Shown here in pieces: positions 27,207 through 33,361 of a DNA stretch of 33,361 nt; position 1 is the first letter of the stretch, and every line of letters starts with the position of its first letter. The DNA lies in the NCBI GenBank assembly GCA_001768965.1, contig MEMY01000095.1, positions 1 to 33,361 of the forward strand. The letters run 5' to 3'. Source of the stretch: an archaeon RBG_16_50_20. GTDB taxonomy: Archaea; Thermoproteota; Bathyarchaeia; 40CM-2-53-6. The translations under genes and the position numbers were made by a program. Below the pieces are notes generated by a model, which was not told where the DNA came from, searched no databases, and saw only the letters and a list, made by a program, of their open reading frames with translations.

Positions 27207-27845
27207 TCAGCGGACGCTGTGGAAGGCCAGTGTGGCGCACGTGACTAGCAGAGAAAGGCTGGAAAAGATTGCGTATGCAGAGTAGATTTGAGTCAGTAGA
27301 TCGGGCTCGTAGTAGAGGAAGCCCTGAGTAGCTGTTAACAGAAGGGGAGGAACCCAAAGCAACAGCCACAGTCTTGTCCACTTGGTTCGGGGCAGTTGCA
27401 TCTTCCAATCGCCAGAACTGATGAAGAGCATCAGGAAAAGCAGGAATCCAATTATCTCCAGCGCAATCTCAACTGTAGGATTATTTTCGGACAGGTTGAG
27501 GCCGGTTTCTGATAGCGTCAGTGGAAACAGAAGAGGAATGTGGTTTGCCACTAGGTCGCCGAACATTGGGTGCTGCAACACTCCGACGAAGTAAGGAAGA
27601 GTCCGCGCGCCGAAAACGTAGAAAAATGGCAACGAAATCAGGACGATCACGACCCACGAGTGCGAAATTCCGTGATGCCCAAACAATGTCCCATACGGTT
27701 GGCTGGTGAAAAGGTCGAAATCTGGAAGAGCTCCGACTAGAATCAGCAACGCTAGATTGGGCTTAGTTGTTTGAAAACGTGCCGTCGCTTTCCCGAACAC
27801 GTAACCCCAAACCATGTGACTTGATATAATCATCCTAGAAACCAA
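27207..27845 (-). CDS. Membrane-bound metal-dependent hydrolase (YdjM/DUF457-like)
   Basis: N-terminal SH, GALPDFD, HHGISHS, H...D, LLFP; several TM segments. Confidence 0.75.
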   Translation of the reverse strand: MVSRMIISSHMVWGYVFGKATARFQTTKPNLALLILVGALPDFDLFTSQPYGTLFGHHGISHSWVVIVLISLPFFYVFGARTLPYFVGVLQHPMFGDLVANHIPLLFPLTLSETGLNLSENNPTVEIALEIIGFLLFLMLFISSGDWKMQLPRTKWTRLWLLLWVPPLLLTATQGFLYYEPDLLTQIYSAYAIFSSLSLLVTCATLAFHSVR

Positions 27846-27871
27846 AACCTAGATTCGATAAGTCACAGGCC

Positions 27872-28723
27872 TTATGCAGGTTTGATGAACAATAGTACCT
27901 GGGATGTCGCGTACATGAAAACTAAGCCGAGGATTATGGCAAAAGGTAGCCCTGGAAACATGTCGCGGCCTTCGAGCATTTTGAAGCCCAGATAGGCTCC
28001 GACTACGAGTCCGATGGACGCGGCAACAAAGGGTAGTGGACCGAAATTCATCATTGAGTTACTTGCGAGCATAGAGTAGAACACCATGTCACCCATGCCG
28101 ACCGTCAAATCCCCGTACGTGAAGACGGCTCCCGTGAATTCCTCAAGATCAGTCGACTGCGCCATCTTCCCAATCGGCCCTTTGTATACGGCGAAAATGT
28201 CGTAGGCCGCCAGAGCAAGCAAAAGTGCAGCTGCGGTTAGTGTCGGGATTGAGACGCCCAGAAAGGTTCCGGTCATTCCTCCGATTAGGATTATGGCAGC
28301 AAAGTGGACCCCGCCTTTCGATTTGTGAAGTGCCAACCCGAGTGTGACTGAAACAAGCAGGCTAATGATCAGCCAAATCCAGCTGTCCGAAGCCAAGAAG
28401 GATGGAAAGTAGTCGGCGTAGAGTGTGCCGTACCATGTGAAGAGGAAGAAGACGAGGGCGAGAACTGCGAGGTTGATCAGGTACCTTACGATGCGTTTCA
28501 GCCCGAATTTTATGAAGAGGTACATCATGGTCCCAGTAGCAGCCATCAAGATTACGAAGATGCTCGCATTCAGTGTAATGCCCCCAGTTGTTTCGGGAAA
28601 GATTGTGATTGTTTCTATTGGGGCGTTGGAGGCTCGAAGACTGTAGGTTAACGCGCCTGCTAACGCTATGGCGAGTATCTCGGGGAGCAGAAGTGTTGGT
28701 TTTGCTTTGAATTCGTTACTCAA
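27872..28723 (-). CDS. Presenilin/SPP-like GxGD intramembrane aspartyl protease (A22)
   Basis: About 9 TM segments; YD (AYDIFAVY), GxGD (VGMGDMVFY), PAL-equivalent PGLP. Confidence 0.88.
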   Translation of the reverse strand: MSNEFKAKPTLLLPEILAIALAGALTYSLRASNAPIETITIFPETTGGITLNASIFVILMAATGTMMYLFIKFGLKRIVRYLINLAVLALVFFLFTWYGTLYADYFPSFLASDSWIWLIISLLVSVTLGLALHKSKGGVHFAAIILIGGMTGTFLGVSIPTLTAAALLLALAAYDIFAVYKGPIGKMAQSTDLEEFTGAVFTYGDLTVGMGDMVFYSMLASNSMMNFGPLPFVAASIGLVVGAYLGFKMLEGRDMFPGLPFAIILGLVFMYATSQVLLFIKPA

Positions 28724-29249
28724 TCTGTATCCTCACCTGTGAACGGCATTTGCCGCAAAAATCTGGACCTTTATAGTCAGTGTCAGCGAGCGTGTTAGAA
28801 AAGTACATCACACATGACGTGTCAGAGCAGTGCTCTAAACCCACCATATGACCAATTTCGTGGATAGCTTCTTTGACGACCCGTTCCACGAACAGACCAG
28901 CTTTGCTGCGAGAAGAGGCTTTCAATCTGTAGGTTGAGATGATTCCCACGCGGCCTGGCAGCCTAGCTTCCCCGAATACGAAATTCAATCCCGGAACAAA
29001 CAGATCAAAATGTGTAACGCCCAAAAGTCTGTTGACTTGCAGATTTTGGATTTCCTGCTCAAGAAGTATAAGGATCCGGGTTGAGTGATATTGGTTTCTA
29101 AGTGAATCGTAGGCCTCTGCTGGTTCAGCGAGTGTACTGGTGATGCTTGCATCAATCCAGGGAAATCTTGTGGTGATTGGATCTCGCAAAGTGTCAAGTG
29201 GATAGTCTAGGGTGGTACCGACCTGGATGAGCCCTAAGGTCTCAGACGT
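28716..29249 (-). CDS. amzA: Archaemetzincin zinc metalloprotease (M54)
   Basis: RNQY, DLF..GLNFVFGEA, KEAIHEIGH..GLEHC....CVMYFSN, FCGKC. Start uncertain: ACG 29249 proposed, track gives ATG 29342. Confidence 0.9.
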   Translation of the reverse strand, partial: TSETLGLIQVGTTLDYPLDTLRDPITTRFPWIDASITSTLAEPAEAYDSLRNQYHSTRILILLEQEIQNLQVNRLLGVTHFDLFVPGLNFVFGEARLPGRVGIISTYRLKASSRSKAGLFVERVVKEAIHEIGHMVGLEHCSDTSCVMYFSNTLADTDYKGPDFCGKCRSQVRIQIE

Positions 29250-30501
29250 CGCAGATCTCTCCGGGTCGCGGTGTCGTCGCCTGCAGTCCCAATTCCTGTG
29301 ATGCCCAGTCCGCCAAGTGCCTGCAGTTTGCTTCTTCTCCATGAATCACGAAAACTTTCGTTCGCTTGTCAAGATCCCTGAGCGTCTCTTGAAGTTGTGT
29401 TTTTCCGCCGTGTGATGAGAAGTCGAATTTCTCAACGCGCGCTCCGACCTTGCGTGCCTTTCCATGAAGTATGAAGCGTCCTTCGTCAAGTAATATTCTT
29501 CCGGGGGAACCTTGCACCTGATAGCTCACTAGGAAGATTCCGTTGTCTTTGTTGTTTGCGATGTTCTCCATGTAGAAAACGGATGCTCCTCCTTTCAGCA
29601 TTCCTGCGGGGGAAACTATGACTCCTGCAGTTCGGGCCGCGCGACGTCGACCGTTCCAATTCGATATCTGGTCAGCCTGCCTCATTGCCTGCTTGAACTG
29701 TTCCTGGTTTCTCAGGGAGTCTGGATGCTCCTCAAGCATTCTGATCGCATCCAAAGCCATACCATCTACGAAGACCGGGTAGGAGAAGTTGTGGTCGGCG
29801 AGCATGCAGATAATTTCCTGGGAGCGACCCACTCCGAAGGCCGGGACTAGCACGGTGCCTCCTGCTTCCACAACCTCTTTGCATGCGAGGACGAAGTTTC
29901 GCTCGGACTCAACTCGATCTGGGTGATCCTCTGCAGCGTATGTGCTCTCTATGACGATCGCATCCAGATCGTTGTAAGCTCGGTCTGCACCGGGTACGAG
30001 ATGCGTTGGAATCAGATTGAAATCTCCAGTGTAGAGAACCCGTTTTCCCTCAGCCGCCACGATTACCTGTGCGCTTCCAGGTATGTGCCCTGCGTTGACC
30101 AGGGTGATTTCAGCATCGCCCACTGTAAATTTGGAGCGATAATTTACTGGGAGGACATGGTTCAGCATATTTTCGAGGTCTATGTATTCGAAGGGAAGAT
30201 AGTAGCCGCTGAGTTTGATCATGTCGCGCACGAGGACTTTCGTCAGCTTGAATGTCGGCTCAATGCCGTAAACGGGCAACCTGGACGCATGAGCATAGAA
30301 TAGAGGTATCAGCCCACTGTGATCGAGGTGAGCATGAGTCAGGACGACTGCATCAAGATCCCTCGGAGAGATGTGAACTGGAAAGCCCAGGTCATGGTTT
30401 ATCATAACTCCATAATCCATGAGTATCTGGCTACGGGCGGTTTTGACAGCCACACCGGATCTTCCAACTTCCTGACAAGCGCCTAGGAATCGCAGTTGCA
30501 T
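29242..30501 (-). CDS. beta-CASP metallo-beta-lactamase ribonuclease (aCPSF2-like, no KH domain)
   Basis: LGACQEVGRS, THAHLDHSG, AGHIPGS, YTGDFN, ESTY, PAFGVGRSQE, GML.GG, FSSH, HGE. Confidence 0.9.
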   Translation of the reverse strand: MQLRFLGACQEVGRSGVAVKTARSQILMDYGVMINHDLGFPVHISPRDLDAVVLTHAHLDHSGLIPLFYAHASRLPVYGIEPTFKLTKVLVRDMIKLSGYYLPFEYIDLENMLNHVLPVNYRSKFTVGDAEITLVNAGHIPGSAQVIVAAEGKRVLYTGDFNLIPTHLVPGADRAYNDLDAIVIESTYAAEDHPDRVESERNFVLACKEVVEAGGTVLVPAFGVGRSQEIICMLADHNFSYPVFVDGMALDAIRMLEEHPDSLRNQEQFKQAMRQADQISNWNGRRRAARTAGVIVSPAGMLKGGASVFYMENIANNKDNGIFLVSYQVQGSPGRILLDEGRFILHGKARKVGARVEKFDFSSHGGKTQLQETLRDLDKRTKVFVIHGEEANCRHLADWASQELGLQATTPRPGEICDV

Positions 30502-30574
30502 TCGTAATCAGCTAGTTTCCTTGTATCTCGAATTGCCGGAGCTAACTTGTATTCGTCCTTGTAAGAATGTCGGA

Positions 30575-31276
30575 TTACCCGTACATTCCCCGCAGCGACC
30601 GAGCGGTTTGCTGCAGCCGCTTGTCTATCTCTTCCTCAATGCCCTTTGCGTCGTATTCTAGATCCTTCACATCCACTTTCAGGCCATAGGCCTTCGAGAT
30701 TGATTTGATAGCCGTGGCCGCTGCTTTCGGATCGGCATGATCAGCGGACGCGTATGGAAGAATCGCAACGGCTGGAAAGCTTCGCTTCTCGAATTCACCT
30801 AACATGACCGCCAGAGGTCCGTAGACGAAGAGGCCTGCCTCTAGCGAGGGGTGCTTCATCTTTCTAGATTTGAGTGGGTAGGTCCGCGTGGGGACTATTC
30901 GCACTCCATCGGGGCCCGATTGGAGGGTCCCATCTAATCCTCCGATGAGAACGGCGTCCCGGAACTTGCTATTCATAGCCCAGTTGGCGAGAGTCTTGGC
31001 GAATTCAGCCTCCTCACTTCGGTGTGGGGAAAACTCGAGTTTGACCAGTATGATCTTCCCAGCTTTGTAGACTTCGAAGGGTGTTACTAGTCCGTCGTCC
31101 GATGTTGCGATGAATGGAGGTGGATGTGCTACATCCACGAACCCTATCCGTTCCGCCTTCAAGGTGTGAACGAGGTATGAGACAGATATGTAGCCCGTCT
31201 CGCCTACTCCATGGAATCCTGTTATGAGCGTACAGTTGCGAAGGTTTGATGTTCGCACCAACAGGTTGACGGGCAA
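30575..31276 (-). CDS. PAC2-family proteasome assembly chaperone
   Basis: ITGFHGVGETG, P.EVY, IGGL, GP.AVML, DPKAA, C-terminal HbYX-like MYG. Confidence 0.85.
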   Translation of the reverse strand: MPVNLLVRTSNLRNCTLITGFHGVGETGYISVSYLVHTLKAERIGFVDVAHPPPFIATSDDGLVTPFEVYKAGKIILVKLEFSPHRSEEAEFAKTLANWAMNSKFRDAVLIGGLDGTLQSGPDGVRIVPTRTYPLKSRKMKHPSLEAGLFVYGPLAVMLGEFEKRSFPAVAILPYASADHADPKAAATAIKSISKAYGLKVDVKDLEYDAKGIEEEIDKRLQQTARSLRGMYG

Positions 31277-31543
31277 ATGGGTCTCCTCAAAATCCTACTG
31301 AAGAGGTTCGAAAACCTACTTCTCGCACGAATGGCTGGACCGATATAATAAGTTCGCTGGATTCTTGCACCGTTTTTTGGCTGCAACTTCTCAACGCACT
31401 CGATCGTACGCGATTCCAAAATCGGAATAGTGAAGATGCAGACTCTCTTGAGAATCAGCGGTATATCATCTCTTATCGGTGGGCTGAGAAAATCCTTATA
31501 ACCGCCAGTTTTCATGCAGAGAAGTCACCTGAGGTAACAAAAA

Positions 31544-33169
31544 GTGTCGTATTTAGCTGGTCAACCTGTTCTCATATTGAAAGAAGGTTCGAGTCGCAAT
31601 CGCGGACGAGACGCTCAACGAAGCAACATCACTGCAGCAATCATCGTATCCGAGGTTGTCAAGAGCACCCTTGGACCGCGCGGCATGGACAAGATGCTTG
31701 TCGACAGCTTGGGCGACGTGACTGTAACTAACGACGGCGCCACGATCCTTGACGAAATAGATGTCCAGAACCCCGCCGCCAAAATGATGGTTGAAGTTGC
31801 CAAGACACAAGACGATGAGGTCGGCGACGGGACAACCACGGCCGTTGTCCTTGCAGGCGAATTATTGAAACGAGCACAAAACTTGCTGGACGACAACGTT
31901 CACCCCACGACCATCGTAGCGGGTTACAAGAAGGCCGCTGATCGTGCGGTCCAGATCCTCGATTCATTGGGCGAACCGATCAAACTGGAAGACAAAGCTG
32001 CGCTGAAGAAAGTTGCTATGACTTCGATGCACAGTAAAGGTCTTGGTGGTGTCCGTGAACATTTCGCGGACATTGCGGTCACTGCTATTTTGCAGGTGAT
32101 GGAGAAGCGAGGCGATTCCTGGAACGCTGACATTGACAACATACAGCTCGTCAAGAAGGAAGGCAAGAGCATGCTGGACACGGAGCTGGTGAAGGGCGTA
32201 ATCGTGGACAAGGAAGTGGTTCACCCGGGGATGCCCAAACAAGTCAAGAATGCAAAGGTCGCGCTGCTTGACGCGGCATTGGAGATTGAGAAAACTGAGA
32301 CTTCGGCGGAGATACGTATCAACGATCCAACTCAGATGAAGGCCTTCTTAGACGAGGAAACTCACATGATGAAGGAAATGGTGGACAAGATCAAGGCGTC
32401 CGGGGCTAACGTTGTGCTCTGCCAGAAAGGGATCGACGACACAACACAACATTTCCTGGCGAAAGAAGGAGTCCTCGCAGTGAGGAGAATCAAGAAGTCC
32501 GACATGGAGAAGCTGGCTAGAGCGACCGGAGGCAAAATCGTAACCAACCTAGACGACCTGAAGGCTCCAGACCTTGGCAAGGCAGGCCTCGTTGAGGAGA
32601 AAAAGGTCGGCGACGATAAGATGGTCTTCATTCAAGAGTGCAAAGATCCCAGATCGGTCAGCATCCTAATCAGAGCCGGCCTTGAGCGGTTAGTCGACGA
32701 AGCTGAAAGAGCGCTCAAGGACGCGCTTTCCGTCGTGGCCGATGTCGTACACAAACCCAAAGTTGTGACTGGTGCAGGTGCGATCGAGGCTGAACTGTCA
32801 AAGAAGTTGATAGATTACGCGATCAAGGTCGGCGGGCGCGAGCAACTTGCAATAGAGGCCTTCGCCGAAACGCTTGATACGATTCCGAAGACTCTGGCCG
32901 ACAATGCAGGTTTGGATCCGATCGATATCATGGTGTCACTGCGTTCGGCACACCAGAAGAAAGATGGTCTGACATACGGAGTGGACGTCTTCGAGGGCAA
33001 GATCAGGGACATGAGGAAGCAGGGTGTCCTGGAGCCTGTTCGCGTTAAAGAGCAGGCAATTAAGTCCGCAGCCGAAGCTGCATCAATGATCTTGCGGGTC
33101 GATGACGTGATCGCCGCAGCCAAACCGCCCCCAAGTCCACCTCCAAGAGGCGGAGAACCCGACTACTAG
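31544..33169 (+). CDS. ths: Thermosome (group II chaperonin) subunit
   Basis: [40 protein letters not shown]; TATA-like CTTATAA near 31496. Confidence 0.97.
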   Translation: MSYLAGQPVLILKEGSSRNRGRDAQRSNITAAIIVSEVVKSTLGPRGMDKMLVDSLGDVTVTNDGATILDEIDVQNPAAKMMVEVAKTQDDEVGDGTTTAVVLAGELLKRAQNLLDDNVHPTTIVAGYKKAADRAVQILDSLGEPIKLEDKAALKKVAMTSMHSKGLGGVREHFADIAVTAILQVMEKRGDSWNADIDNIQLVKKEGKSMLDTELVKGVIVDKEVVHPGMPKQVKNAKVALLDAALEIEKTETSAEIRINDPTQMKAFLDEETHMMKEMVDKIKASGANVVLCQKGIDDTTQHFLAKEGVLAVRRIKKSDMEKLARATGGKIVTNLDDLKAPDLGKAGLVEEKKVGDDKMVFIQECKDPRSVSILIRAGLERLVDEAERALKDALSVVADVVHKPKVVTGAGAIEAELSKKLIDYAIKVGGREQLAIEAFAETLDTIPKTLADNAGLDPIDIMVSLRSAHQKKDGLTYGVDVFEGKIRDMRKQGVLEPVRVKEQAIKSAAEAASMILRVDDVIAAAKPPPSPPPRGGEPDY

Positions 33170-33186
33170 ACTGAACAACGCCCCCG

Positions 33187-33208
33187 TTTCTCTTTCTCTT
33201 CCTTTTCC
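33187..33208 (+). terminator. Pyrimidine/T-rich archaeal terminator after thermosome
   Basis: tttctctttctcttccttttcc, 18 nt after the stop codon. Confidence 0.5.
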
Positions 33209-33272
33209 GCAGCTTGCGCACTGTTAAAATACCGTTTGACCGCGTTAATCGGTTTGTTCCGGGCAACTTGGG

Positions 33273-33361
33273 GCTCCGGTAGTATAGCCCGGTCAAGGCG
33301 CGTGACGCCGAGAGTATGCTGGCCTCTCGACATTGTGGAGAGAGTCAGCGACGCGGGTTCG
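33273..33361 (+). tRNA. tRNA-Glu(CTC) with two introns; 3' end beyond the window
   Basis: Removing about 33296-33312 and 33330-33342 gives GCTCCGG TA GTAT AGCCCGGTCAA GTAT G CTGGC CTCTCGA GTCAG CGAC GCGGG TTCG, with D stem, anticodon stem and start of the T arm. Confidence 0.9.

Noticed and set aside
1-33361. CRISPR array, transposase, integrase or rRNA
   Set aside because: No regularly spaced repeats or such genes seen by eye; the only long repeat is within moeA.

Overview
Archaeal chromosomal window, mostly housekeeping. Gene content (rps8e, srp19, Smc-ScpAB, GPN GTPase, ABCE1, Cgi121, thermosome, presenilin homologue, multi-intron tRNA, many TTG starts) fits a TACK lineage such as Bathyarchaeia; this placement is an inference. 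About 33 coding regions are supportable. Two are missing from the ORF track: a 56-aa ORF behind scpB and a 33-aa Asp/Glu/Trp peptide ahead of ABCE1. No CRISPR array or transposase was seen. Most notable: (1) an accessory-looking locus at 22.0-27.8 kb (GT-C-like membrane glycosyltransferase divergent from a coupled operon of Pol-beta-type nucleotidyltransferase, B12 radical SAM, atypical GT2 and an orphan); (2) the acidic Trp-repeat micropeptide with its own promoter and RBS next to ABCE1; (3) a dense hairpin array behind a membrane-tethered ArsR regulator; (4) a 285-bp in-frame duplication in moeA, possibly an assembly artefact; (5) a probable ACG start for archaemetzincin; (6) a tRNA-Glu(CTC) with two introns, cut by the window end. 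All product calls come from motif recognition by eye; no database search was run.
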